Shown here piece by piece: positions 1 through 12,088 of a stretch of DNA of 64,000 bases. The translations under genes were made by a program, and so were the position numbers. This DNA comes from Mobula hypostoma. Taxonomy: Eukaryota. Location of the stretch: NCBI RefSeq assembly GCF_963921235.1, contig NC_086125.1, positions 28,582,001 to 28,646,000 on the forward strand. The letters run 5' to 3'. Each line of letters opens with the position of its first letter. Within the stretch, counting starts at the first letter, position 1. The notes under the pieces were generated by a model, which was not told the origin of the DNA, made no database searches, and saw only the letters and a program-made list of their open reading frames with translations.

Positions 1-1197
1 AGGTAGATTGGGAAAGTCAGGTTGGTGGTGCACCACAAGAGAGGGAATTTCTAGAATGTCTACAAGCTGGCTTTTTTGAGGAACTTGTGGTTGTGCCCGC
101 TATGGGAATGGCAATACTGGATTGGGTGTTGTGTAATGAACCAGATTTGATGAGGGAGGTAAAATAACCCTCAGGAGGCAGTGGTCTTTAAATGATATAA
201 TTTACCCTGCAACTTGAGAGGAAACATATGAAGTTAGATCCATCAGTATTACAGTGGAGTAAAGGGAATTACAGAGGAATGAGGGAAGAGCTGGCCAAAG
301 TTAATTGGAAGGGGACACGAGCAGAACAGTAATAGCTGGAGTCACCAGGGGCAATTTGCATGGCGCAGGATAAATACATCCCAGAAATGAAGAACTATTC
401 TAAAGGGAGGATGAGGCAACAGTTAGTGACAAGGGCAGTGAAAGCAGCATAAAAGCAAAAGAGAGGACATATAATAGAGCAAAAAATAGTGGGAAGTAAG
501 AAAATTGGGAAGGGTTTAAAAACCAACAGAAGGAAACTAAAAAAGCCATAAGAAGAGAAAAGATGAAATATGAAGAAAGCTAGCCAAAAATATCAAAGAT
601 GATATCAAAAGCTTTTTCAGATATATAAAGAGAGGCAAGAGTGGAAATTGGGTTGATGGAAAATGACACCAGAGACATAGTAATGGGGGACAAATAAATG
701 CTGTTTGAAATTAATACTGTGAGTATTTTGTGTCACTCTTCATTGTGGAAGACACAAACAGGATGCCAGAAATTCGAGAGTGTCAGGGTGCAGAAATGAG
801 TGTTCTTGCTATTACTAAGGAGAAGATACTTGAGAAGCTGAAAGGTCTGAAGGTAGATAAATCACCTGGACCAGATGGACTACACCCCAGGGCTCTGAAA
901 GAGGTAGCTAAAGAGATTGTTGGAGCAATAGTAATAATCTTTAAAGAATTACTGGATTCTGGCATGGTTCTGGAGGACTAAAAATTGCAAATGTCACTCC
1001 ACTCTTTAAGAAGGCAGCGAAGCAGAAGAAAGGAAATTATAGACTAGTTATCCATAATTATCTAGTTGAGAAGTTATTGGAGTCCAATATTAAGGATGAG
1101 GTGTCAGGGTACGTGGAGGCTCATGATAAAATAGGCCAAGGTCAGCATAGTTTCCTTAGAGGAAATCTTGCTTGACAAAATCTTGGAATTCTTTGAG
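1..1197 (+). mobile_element. CR1 LINE (family A) ORF2 remnant, 5' part; continues at 4724
   Basis: Decayed ORF2 peptide KVDKSPGPDGLHPRALKE (730-981). The sequence breaks at ...ttggaattctttgag and resumes in RT register at 4724 (DIVYLDFQKAFDK). Confidence 0.9.
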
Positions 1198-4100
1198 TGG
1201 TGCAGGGAAATGGGAAGCAGAACAGATAATGGAGTGCTTATGGAGACATGTTATTAAGTCAGGAATCGAAAGGTTGAGCATGGTGGGACCAATATTCTGA
1301 GTTGAGTATATTTCAATTCAAGAAGTATTGTAGGAAAGCAGATAAGCTCAGGACATGGATTAACACATGTAATTATGATCCTGTAGCCACTCGTGAGACT
1401 TGTTTGCAAGAGGGGCTGGATGGCAGCTCAATATTCCAGGGTCCTGTTGTTTTAGATGTGATAGAGTGGGAGGGATTAAAGGGAAAGAAGTAGTGTACCA
1501 GGTAAGGAAAATGTCACGGCAGTAGTCAGTCAGGACAGATTGGAGAACTTGTTTTGTGAGACGTTATGAGTGGAACTGAGGAATAAAAATGATATGACCA
1601 TGATAATGGGGCTATATTACAGACCATGCTGTGTACATACATCTACTGATGCCTCTGGACACATCTTCAGTGATATTCCTGGAATCATCAGGTGTTTCAG
1701 GTCTTTCAACAGCATACACCCTCCTCCAGGTGACCCAGCCGGGGCTGATCAGACTCCAGCTTGTGTCCAGATGGCTAGTTACTTATGACTCCATGGCTCC
1801 CCTCTTTTGAGCCACAGCCATCTTGAGGCCCTCTCTGTCACATCGGCGGTACTGCGGATGGCTCTCCTCTTCCTCTCTCCCTCGAGGCCCAAATTGCTGA
1901 AGGCCCTAGCTAAGGAATGGGCTGAGAATCCCCTACAACCAACCTCTACTGGGATGCTGACAATGATTGTTGTCATGGCTTGTAGCTTCCTATCGGCCCC
2001 TCCCTTCGATGTTGCCTCCAGAATTTGGTTGACATCTTCGTCGATCTGCTTCCACAGTGAAGTCATGTTAGCTGCAAGCCATTTGATCCGCCTCCTGTTA
2101 GACTTGATGTTAGAGGGATTAGTTTGCACACCTGGAGGTTCCGGGCACTATGGGGTGACTCCAGGCCTGGCCCCTCCTTCGTCTCACCAGGTTGGACACC
2201 TGCACGTTGTGCTGCTCCTGCTCCCACCAGACACTTCATCTTCACTTGGTGGATCTTCAAGCCGCGACCGTTCTTGCAGATCTTGCCCACATGCACACTA
2301 CTTCCTCATAATCGTTTGTTCATTGCCTGGGTCTGATGCCGTTGTGTCCGTCCAACTAGGGTGCTCCTCCTCCCCTCCCCCCACCCCTTGGGCATCCTGG
2401 GGGTACCTTTCTCTTAGATTCATCGTAGCTTTTGTGGGCGTCCTCCTCTCAGAGGACACAGTTTGGGTTGCCAGCCCGTTCTGTCTCGGTTGCCGTCTCT
2501 CCGGGCTGTCGCTCACTCTCCAGTCGTCACCACACTTTTCGCGGTTGTCACCTAGTCTTTCTTGGCTATCATTGATGAACTCAGGGTGTAAGCTGTCGGT
2601 CCATGGGAATTAGAGGAATATATTTGTATAGAGACCACAGACTTTTGCAAGAATTGTAAGTTTTTGATAATAGGTGATTTTAACTTTCCACATATTGACT
2701 GGGATTCCCATTCGGTAAAAGGACTAGAGGGGATAGAGTTTGTAGATGTGTTCAGAAAAGTTTTCCTTAATCAGTACATAGAAGTTCCAACAAGAGAGTG
2801 TGCAATATTTAATCTCCTTTTAGGGACTGAGACAGGGCAGGTGACAGAACTTCTATGTAGGGAAACACTTTGCATCTAGTAATTATAATCACATTAGTTT
2901 CAAAGTAAATATGGAAAAGATAGGTCTGGTCCTCAGGATGAGATTCTAAATTGGAGAAAGGTGAATTTCGATGTTACCTGAAAGGACCTGGCAAGTATGG
3001 ATTGGGACACCAAATAGGTCCTCTAGAAGATCAGAATGGGAGTCTACACGTGGAGACAAAAGAGAAGGTGAGGTGGGGGAGACCTTAAGTTGATTTTTTG
3101 CATCTGTATTTTCTTGCGAGATGGACACAGAGTCTATTGAAGTGAGACAAAGTAGCAGTAAGGTCATGGACCTTGTACGGATTACAGAGAAGGTGGTGTT
3201 TATTGTCTTGTGGCAAATTAAGGTGGATAAAACTCCAGGGGACTTGGACCTTGTGGGAGGGAAGTGCAGAAGATACAGGGGCACTAGCAGAGATATTTAA
3301 ATCATCCTTAGCAACAGATGAGGTGCTGGAGGATTGGAGGATAGATAATTTTTAGTAGAATAAACCAGGAAATTATGGGCTGGTGAGCGTGATATCAGTA
3401 GTGGGAAAGTTATTGGAAGGTATTCTAAGGGATCAGATATATGAGATGGGGACTGATTTGAGGCAGTCAGCATGGCTTTGTGCATGGTACTTCATGTCTA
3501 ACCAATCTTATAGAGTTGTCTGAGGAAGTTACCAGCAAAGCTGATGAAGGCAAGCAGTGAATATTTTCTACATGGACTTCACCAAAGCATTTGACAAGGT
3601 CCTGCATGGGAGATGGCTTGGCATTCAAGATGAGGTAGTAAATTGGCTTAGACATTGGCTTTGTGGCAGAAGCCACAGAGTGGTAATAAATGGTTGTCCC
3701 TCTGACTGAGGGCCCGTGACTAGTGGGGTGCTGCAGGAATCTGTTCTGGGTCGATCATTGTTTGTCATCTATATCAATCATCTAGATGATAATGCAATTA
3801 AATGGATCAGCAAATTTGCAAAGGACACTAAGATTGGGGATGTAGTGGACAGTGAGGAAGCTTGCAGCCGCATCTGAACCAGATGGAAAAATGGACTGAA
3901 AACTGGCAGATGGAATTTAATGCAGACAAGTGTGAGGTGTTGCACTTTGGGAGGACTAACCAGGGTAGATCTTACAAAGTGAGTGGTAGAGCAGAGAGAA
4001 GTGTGATATAACAAAGGAATCTGGGAATAAAGTTCACTGAAAGTGGTGTCACAGGTAATAGGGTTGTAAAGAAAGCTTTTGGCACATTGGCCATCATAAG

Positions 4101-4722
4101 TCAAAATACTGAGTACAGGAGTTAAGAGGTTATGCTGAAGTTGTATAAGATGTTGGTGAGGCCTAATTTGGAGTGTTGTGTGTAGCTTTGTGCTCCTACA
4201 TACAGGAAAGATGTAAATAATATTGAAAGAGTATAAAGCAAATTTACAAAGATGCTGCTGGGTCCAGAGGACCTGAGTTATAAAGAAGGATTGAATAGGT
4301 TAGAAGTTTATTCCCTGAAAGGTAAAAGATTGAGAGGAAGTTTGATAGAGGTATATAAAATTAGGAGGGGTGTCAAGAGGGTAAATGTAAGCAAGCTTTT
4401 TCCACTGAGGCTGAGTGAGACAACAGCTAGAGGTCATGGGTTAAGGGTGGAAGGTGAAATGTTTAAGGGGAACACGAAGGGAAACTTCTTTGTTAGGATG
4501 CTGAGAGTGTGGAACAAGCCACCAGTGCAAGTGGCAGATACAATTTTGATTTCAGCATTTAAAGGAAGTTTGGGTAAGTACATGGATAGGAGGGGTATGG
4601 AAGGCTATGGTCCAGGTGCAGGTTGATGGTTTTCGGCAGTTAAATGGTTCAGCACAGACCAGATGGGCCGAAGGACCTGTTTCTGTGCTGTAGTTTTCTA
4701 AGACTCAATGTCTCTATGACTT
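1198..4722 (+). mobile_element. CR1 LINE (family B), near full-length decayed ORF2 (APE+RT) inserted in family A copy; interrupted by HERO element
   Basis: APE motifs GLYYRP (~1610) and IIGDFNFPHIDW (2664), RT remnants 3480-3850, C-terminal RLRGSLIEVYKI, CR1-type 3' end with ttctaagactcaatgtctctatgact tail. Many stops and frameshifts. Confidence 0.9.
1629..2600 (-). mobile_element. Internally deleted HERO-clade (restriction-like endonuclease) non-LTR retrotransposon
   Basis: N-terminal zinc-finger-like C-x-C-G-KICKNGRGLKIHQ (frameshifted, ~2240-2297) and RRIKW... fused in frame at ~1954 to the RLE C-terminus PVEVGCRGF...ASRWLWLKR. No RT between them. Splits the CR1 APE motifs. Confidence 0.8.
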
Positions 4723-4723
4723 T

Positions 4724-5937
4724 AAATAACAAGAAGGATAGACAAAGGAGAGTCAGTGGATATCGTTTACTTGGATTTTCAGAAGGCCTTTGACAAGATG
4801 CCGCATATGTGGCTGTTTGACAAACTAAGAGCCCACGGTATTACAGGAAAGATACTAGCATGGATAGAAGATTGGCAGATTGGGAGGAGGAAAAGAGTCA
4901 GAATAAAGCGGGGTATATTGTGGTTGGCTGTTAGTGCAACTGGTGTTTTGCAGGGATCAGTGTTGGGACCGCTTCTTTTCGCGTTATCTGTCGATGATTT
5001 GGATGATGAAATTGATGGCTTTGTGGCCAAGCTTGTGGACAATACGAAGATGGATAGAGGGGCAGGTAGTGTTGAAGAAGCAGGGGGAATGGACCAAAAA
5101 GTGGCAGATGGAATATAGTGTAGGGAAGTGTATGGTCATGCACTTTGGTAGAAGGAATAAGGTCATGGATTATTTTATAAACAGGGAGAAATTTCAAAAA
5201 TCAGAGGTGTAAAGGGAATTGGGATTCCTTGTACAGGATTTTCTAAAAGTTAACTTGCAGGTTGAATCAGTGATAAGGAAGGCAACTGCAATGTGTGCAT
5301 TTATTTCGAGAGGACTAGAGTATAAGAGCAAAGATTTGATGCAGAGGCTTTAAAAAACATTGGTCAGTCTGCATTTGATTAATTGAGAACAGTTTTGGTC
5401 CCCTTATCTAAGAAAAGATGTAATGACATTGGAGAGGGCCCAGAGAAGATTCACGAGAATGATTCCAGGAATGAAAGGGTTAACATACAGTATGAGGAGC
5501 GTTTGATAGCTCTGGGCTTGTATTCACTGGAGCTTTGAAGAATGAGAGGAGATTTCATTGAAACCTATCGAGTATTGAAAGGCCTTGATAGAGTGGATGT
5601 GGAGAGGATGTTTCCTATAGTCGGTGTGTCTAAGACCAGAGGGCACAACCTCAGAATATAGGGACGTCCATTTAGAATAGAGATGAGAAGGAATTTCTTC
5701 AGACATAGGGTGGTGAATCTGTGGAATTCAATACCACAGACAGCTGTAGAAGTCAAGTCATTGACTATATTTAAAACAGAGTTTGAAAAGTTCTTGGTCA
5801 GTAGAAGGATCAAAGGTTATGGGAGAAGGCACAAGAGTGGAATTGAGAGGGATAATAAATCAGCCAAGATGGAATGGCAGAGCAGACGTGATGGGCCAAA
5901 TGGCATAATTCTGCTCCGATATCTTATGGTCATATGG
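4724..5937 (+). mobile_element. CR1 LINE (family A) RT and 3' end, continuation of 1-1197
   Basis: DIVYLDFQKAFDK, GVLQGSVLGPLLF, RRNFFRHRVVNLWNS; 3' tail ttatggtcatatgg. Confidence 0.92.
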
Positions 5938-6339
5938 CAGGGGGCTGACACCATCACTTCCTCAATCTGGGTACAGCGCTGGCTGAGGAGAAGGGAGGTG
6001 AGAGAGCTTTAAAAGCAAGGAGAGGAATACGGAGAGAGGGTTTTGTTACTGACTGCCTGCCAAGCAGACTGCTTCCTCGTTAGAAACACAAAATGATCTT
6101 TTGCTAAGGTGGTGCATTTGGGGTGGAAAGGTGGAGGGTTGTGGTGGTGAGGAACAAGCTTGAGAAAGAGTTAAAAACTCAATGGCTCACAAACGTTGTC
6201 GGGCACCATTCAGTGCCAAGTTGAGCCGGGTCCTGTGCCAAGACTCAGGCAATGGGGTTCGAGGCTGTTAGTGGATCCCATGCAGAAAAAAATTAAACCC
6301 TGCTCTGTGCTTTCCCAAGTGGAAAAGGGAGAGAAATCC

Positions 6340-6850
6340 CAAATTGACCCCTTTAGCAACTTGTGAATTAAAGAGTGGGGGTGCCCGTGCCAAAGTGTGT
6401 GCACAGTCCGTTAACAATGGAAGCGTTTTAAACAAAGCTAAGTAGCGCTTCCTTTTGCCAAGAATGCCACAGCGACTCCATTAACCCGTTGCATGGCAGC
6501 AGAGAAGGGCGCTTGTAAGTAAACAAGCTGCATTAAATATTTATCATGCCAGCCTTGTCTGTGCCGCAATGCAGTGCCACCGAGCAAATCGGCGGCAAGC
6601 ACTCGCTTCTCCCCACCCACCTCCCGCGGCCCCCCCACACCCAACCTGATTCGCTTTCCTTTCTTTCTCCTCTTGCTCGGCTGCTGTCTCGGGCAGAGTC
6701 CGCAGCCACAGAGTGCCTCAGCAGTACAGCGAGGCTCGGTGGGAACTGGCGACGTGGGTACTGGCTGACTCTGAGTATCGTGGGCTTCACCAGCCATGGG
6801 AAGCCCCAAGTCCAGACACTGGCGCCGTGGAAAATGGGGAAGAGTGTTAC
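6340..6850. promoter_or_regulatory. Repeat-free, relatively CpG-rich island; candidate promoter/enhancer or alternative first exon
   Basis: No TE motif. SOX-like aacaatg and aacaaag, FOX-like gtaaacaa, NFI half-site ttgccaag, CpG-containing GC tract, and ATG at 6493 followed by gtaagt at 6515. Confidence 0.4.
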
Positions 6851-7026
6851 ACACGCACATGTGTACATACACACTTCCACATGTCCATACACGTGTTCAC
6901 GCATACACACGATTGTAAGTGTGTGCACATACAACGCAAACATACTGTATATGTATGCATGCACATTTGCCAACATACATTTCATGTGGTGCACACACCT
7001 GGAAGCACATGAACTCATGCTAGACA

Positions 7027-7089
7027 GACACACACACGCGCACACACACACTCACACACACACACTCACACACACTCACACTCACACTC
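7027..7089. repeat. Imperfect (CA)n microsatellite
   Basis: Direct reading. Confidence 0.95.
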
Positions 7090-7388
7090 AGAATCAGGTT
7101 TAATATCACTGGTATACGTCATGAAATTTATTGTTTTGCAGCAGCTGTACAGTACACTGTAATTCATAACAAAAACAATAAATTACAATAAGAAGTATGT
7201 ACAGTATGCAATATATATCACAATTAGATCAAAATAAGTCATGCAAAATAAAAGATACTGAAGTAGTATAGATGGGTTCATTGGCCATTCAGAAATCTGA
7301 TGGCAGTGGGGAAGAAGTTATCCTAATACACTGAGTGTGTGTCTTTCCGCTCCTGTACCTCCTCCTTGATGATAACAATGAGAAGAGG

Positions 7389-7389
<1 letters not shown>
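7088..7389 (-). mobile_element. Rex1-like LINE 3'-end fragment
   Basis: cagaatcagg tail and ...cctgtacctcctcc... body shared with many copies in the window. Confidence 0.6.
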
Positions 7390-7438
<49 letters not shown>

Positions 7439-7440
7439 TC
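7390..7440. repeat. (CA)n microsatellite
   Basis: Direct reading. Confidence 0.97.
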
Positions 7441-8547
7441 AATCAAATGTGTGCATGCACCAGTTCAAACACACTGACACACAGGAGTGAGCCATTGATC
7501 AGATGCGAGATTGCAGGCACCACGCACAGGTATCAATGGGTCATCTCACCTACTGCTGGCTTCATTTCAGAATCACACTCAGAATCAGGTTTTTTATAAC
7601 CATTTTATATGGCCTGAAATTTGCTGTTTGGCAGAAGCACATAAAATTACTATAAATACAAAATAAATAAATTGTGCAAAATAAGTGACCTTTCAGAAAT
7701 CTGACAGCAGATGAGTAGAAGCTGCTCTTTCTGATTTTTTGCATCCTCAACAAAAATATTTCCACAGGCAGGAGATTCAGTACCAACCATCAGGCTCCTG
7801 AACCAGCGTGGATCACTTCACTCACCTCAGTTCTGAACTGACTCCATGACCTACACACTCACTTTCAAGGTCTCCACAACTGATGTGCTCAGTATAATTC
7901 TGTACATTATACACTGTATATAAGGATCAACATTATTCACCATATACATTTAGATGTACTCAGAATTTGCTGTGATCTGTTGGTCAGGGTATGACATTCA
8001 ACAAAAAGCAATATACAACAATTAGAAAGAATAAAGAATTATATGAAACATAAAGTGAGAGTTTAATGTATGGATTTGGAATAAAATGTGCATAAATAAA
8101 TATCAGCATGATTTCTGTATGTATAGTCACATACCTATGGATACATTTGTTATATGTATAATTGTATAGTCGATGTTTTTCATAAATTGTACTGTATTAC
8201 TTTATTTTCCTGTAAGAAAATGAATCTCCGGGTAGTATATGGTGACATACTCTATATGTATTTTGATAATAAATGTACTTTGGCTTGAGACATTAACTGT
8301 ATTTCTCTTTCCAGCACTGTTCCCCGCCCTGCTGAGGACTCCCAGCATTTTTAGTATTTATCTCCACCACTGGGTGAGATTCGCCTCCACAATGAACTCC
8401 CAGATATTTGTCATATTTTGCATCAGCCAATGAGATCTGAGCCGCTGTTCACAGCACACTTCCAAATACCCACTATAGTCAACTTCAGTGAGCCAGCTGA
8501 GCCACTTGGTTCAGTTCCAGCTTTGTTAATCATGGCAGCTCAATTAT

Positions 8548-8760
8548 TAGCTCCTTCAGTGTTGATTCAGAAAGTTGTGGGCTCACATCCCTTTCCAGAG
8601 GATTGACCACAGAAAGCTCAGCTGAGGCTCCAATGCGGTGTGCACAGGGAGTGATAAATTTTCCAAATTACACTGTGATGGATGAGAAATTAAAGTGAAA
8701 CCCATTCTGTCTGAATGGGTGTACAGTACAGTATGTTAAACAAAAATCCTATGGCTTTCC
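8548..8760 (+). mobile_element. Old DeuSINE/SacSINE1-like SINE remnant
   Basis: tcagaaagttgtgggctcacatccc...ccagag...ggatgagaaattaaa...aaaatcctatggc resembles the tRNA head plus Deu domain; recognised by eye and highly diverged. Confidence 0.5.
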
Positions 8761-8796
8761 TTCACATTCTGTCAAACTCAGATTGAGATTTGTACT

Positions 8797-10197
8797 GACA
8801 TTCAGACTCAGACACACAGACTGAGATACAGATTCAAACTCAGACTCAGACACAGACTGAGATGCAGATTCAGACTCAGACTCAGACCAGACACAGACTC
8901 AGACACAGACTGAGATACAGACTCAGACTCAGACACAGACTGAGATGCAGATTCAGACTCAGATTCAGACCAGACACAGACTCAGACATAGACTGAGATA
9001 CAGACTCAGACTCAGACACACAGACTGAGATACAGATTCAGACTCAGGCTCAGACCAGACACAGACTCAGACATAGACTGAGATACAGACTCAGACTCAG
9101 ACCAGACTCAGACTCAGACACAGACCGAGATACAGACTCAGACTCAGACACAGACTGAGATGCAGATTCAGACTCAGGCTCAGACCAGACACAGACTCAG
9201 ACATAGACTGAGATACAGACTCAGACTCAGACCAGACTCAGACTCAGACACAGACCGAGATACAGACTCAGACTCAGACACAGACTGAGATGCAGATTCA
9301 GACTCAGACTCAGACCAGACACAGATTCAGACATAGACTGAGATACAGACTCAGACTCAGACACACAGACTGAGATACAGATTCAGACTCAGGCTCAGAC
9401 CAGACACAGACTCAGACATAGACTGAGATACAGACTCAGACTCAGACTCAGACCAGACACAGACTCAGACATAGACTGAGATACAGACTCAGACTCAGAC
9501 TCAGACACACAGACTAAAATACAGATTCAGACACAGACTGAGATGCAGATTCAGACTCAGACTCAGACCAGACTCAGACTCAGACACAGACTGAGATACA
9601 GACTCAGACTCAGACACAGACTGAGATGCAGATTCAGACTCAGACTCAGACCAGACACAGACTCAGACACAGACTGAGATGCAGATTCAGACTCAGACTC
9701 AGACCAGACACAGACTCAGACATAGACTGAGATACAGACTCAGACTCAGACCACAGACTGAGATACAGATTCAGACTCAGGCTCAGACCAGACACAGACT
9801 CAGACATAGACTGAGATACAGACTCAGACACACAGTCTAAAATACAGATTCAGACACAGACTGAGATGCAGATTCAGACTCAGACTCAGACCAAACTCAG
9901 ACTCAGACACAGACTGAGATACAGACTCAGACTCAGACACAGACTGAGATGCAGATTCAGACTCAGACTCAGACCAGACTCAGACTCAGACACAGACTGA
10001 GATGCAGATTCAGACTCAAACTCAGACCAGACTCAGACTCAGACACAGACTGAGATACAGACTCAGACACACAGACTAAAATACAGATTCAGACTCAGAC
10101 TCAGACCAGACTCAGACTCAGACACAGACTGAGATATAGACACAGACTAAAATACAGACTCAGACTCAGACACAAACCAGACTCAGGCTCAGACTCA
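8797..10197. repeat. ~1.4-kb compound hexamer minisatellite (GACTCA/GACACA/GACTGA/GATACA/GATTCA) with higher-order periodicity
   Basis: Direct reading; abuts the 3' tail of a retroelement fragment at 10198. Confidence 0.97.
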
Positions 10198-10380
10198 AAT
10201 TTACTTATCATATGTACATTGAAACATAAAGTGAAATGCGTTGTTTGCATTAACAACCAACACAACCTAAGCATGTATGCTGGGAGCAGCCCACAAGCAA
10301 TGCCACAATTCCAGTGCCCACACAGTATGCCCACCATGTTCAGCAGAAGAGTACCAACAACATTCGGGCCTCAACTTCTG
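10198..10380 (-). mobile_element. Retroposon 3'-end fragment of the family with an aataaa(tctgaa)n-type tail
   Basis: Shares gtacattgaaacat...gggagcagccc body with copies at 16910-17160, 18760-18920, 25960-26125 and 59080-59350. Confidence 0.65.
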
Positions 10381-10929
10381 ATGCTTATTTGCATTTCTGC
10401 AGTTAATCTTCCTGCAACTGATTCCCACTCACCCACCACCCTGAGTCTTTCTCTGTTTTGAAGCTAATTGGATTCTGAGGTAGTGTGAGAGGAGAAGGTG
10501 CTGAGACACAGTGATATGGCTGAAATGATACAATGCAGGGGCGGCGATGGTTGAAGATAAGGGTGGGTGAGACTTGCAGATCTCCTCCAATGCATACAGT
10601 TGATCTGAGTGGTGATGGGGTTCCTGGATGGTCAGCGGTAATCAGAAGCCTTGTTAACATATTCCACTAATACTCCAGATTGACAGAGTCCAGGGAAATA
10701 AACTGACACCTCAGAGACCAGTGACTAAATGTGGGAGGTCCAGATTGAGCAAACCTGAAACAGAGCATGCAAAAAATCCCTTTTGTCTCTTGTCTCTGTC
10801 ACACTCTGGATCTCTGTCTAGTTTTTAAGAGGGTGAAACAGTCAGATAGGTTCCCATCTGTAACTTACTCCTAGCCATCCCCTCACACAAATTTCTCTTG
10901 TAAAACCCAGCCTGTTACATAGAACAGAA

Positions 10930-11146
10930 GATAGATAGATAGATATAGTTTATTAATCCTGAGGGAAATTTGGTTTCGTTACAGCCGCACCAACCAAGAA
11001 TAGAGCGTAAATATAGCAATACAAAAACCCCCAACAATCAAACAACAAAATACAAACTATGCCAAATGGAAAATAAGTCCAGGGCCAGTCTATTGGCTCA
11101 GGGTGTCTGACCCTCCACGGGAGGAGCTGCACGTTCGATGGCCACA
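10930..11146 (-). mobile_element. Relatively young LINE 3' fragment with (CTAT)n tail
   Basis: agatagatagatat tail followed by tttattaatcctgagggaaatt; CpGs retained. Confidence 0.55.
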
Positions 11147-11149
11147 GTG

Positions 11150-11545
11150 CAGAACATTGCAGGACAGTATGTCCTGCCGACCCTTAAATCTACCCCAAGA
11201 TCAATCTAACCCTTACCTCCAACATAGTCCTCCATTCTTCTTCTATCTATGTAACTGTCTAATAGCCTCTTAAATGTCTCTGCCACTACCACAACCCCTG
11301 GCAGTGGATTACAAGCACCCACCACTGGCTGTGTAAAAAATCTACCTTTCACTTTCCACCAAACACCTTAAAATTATGCCTCCACATAATAGCTCTGTCC
11401 ACACTAGGAGAGAAAGTCTCTAGCTGTCCATTCTATCCATACCTCTCACCTTGTACACCTCCAACAAGCCGATTCTCACCCTCCTTCACTCCAAAGTGAA
11501 AAGCTGTAGCTCGCTCAGCCTTTCCTCATAAGACGTGCTCATTGA
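11150..11545 (-). mobile_element. CR1 3' fragment
   Basis: Reverse complement of a CR1 C-terminus and 3' UTR. Confidence 0.7.
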
Positions 11546-12088
11546 CATCATAGGTCACCTGTGCTCCCAAATGCAATCCTGGGCTCAATGCCAGGATTTT
11601 TGCCCCTCCGCGGATGCTGCCTGATTCGCTGAGTTCCTCCAGCACTTTGTGTGTGTTGCTTAAGATTTCCAGCATCTGCATAATCTCTTGTGTTGGTGAT
11701 TGTGTTTGTACTCAGGCAGCTCTGTATAACCTGGTTAGCTGGAGCAGGTGCTTGCCGTGACGATGGCTGTCAGACAGTTGGGGGTTGATTGGGTTGTGTC
11801 CTCTCCACTGGGAAGATGCCAGAGGTAATGGAACATCCAGCAGCACCTCATCGATCGTATTTGTCACTGGTGAGGTGAGGGGAGGAGGAGGTAACATTGG
11901 GCACTGGGATCTGTGACAACTGATGGGATGTGTCTAAGTTTGATGATGTTTGACAGCTAGCTGGGAATATTGGCATTGAAGGAGATGCAAAGAGAGCCTC
12001 CAGATGGCTGAAGATTGTGTGGTTAAGGAGAAGTTGGTGGATAAATTATGGTATGAGAATATGTGCCTTACTTGAAAGTAAAGAAAGA

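Noticed and set aside
1660-1720. Hammerhead in the HERO 3' UTR (CUGAAGA, CUGAUGA and GAAAC are present)
   Set aside because: Order and spacing do not give three helices around a core; the k-turn/pseudoknot fold explains the motifs better.
1807-2613. 268-aa plus-strand ORF, the longest in the track
   Set aside because: It is the antisense shadow of the HERO element and has no recognisable domain.
9646-10337. SESVSQ-type repetitive ORFs and AP-1 sites in the hexamer array
   Set aside because: Low-complexity translation; the motif is AGACTCA, not TGACTCA.
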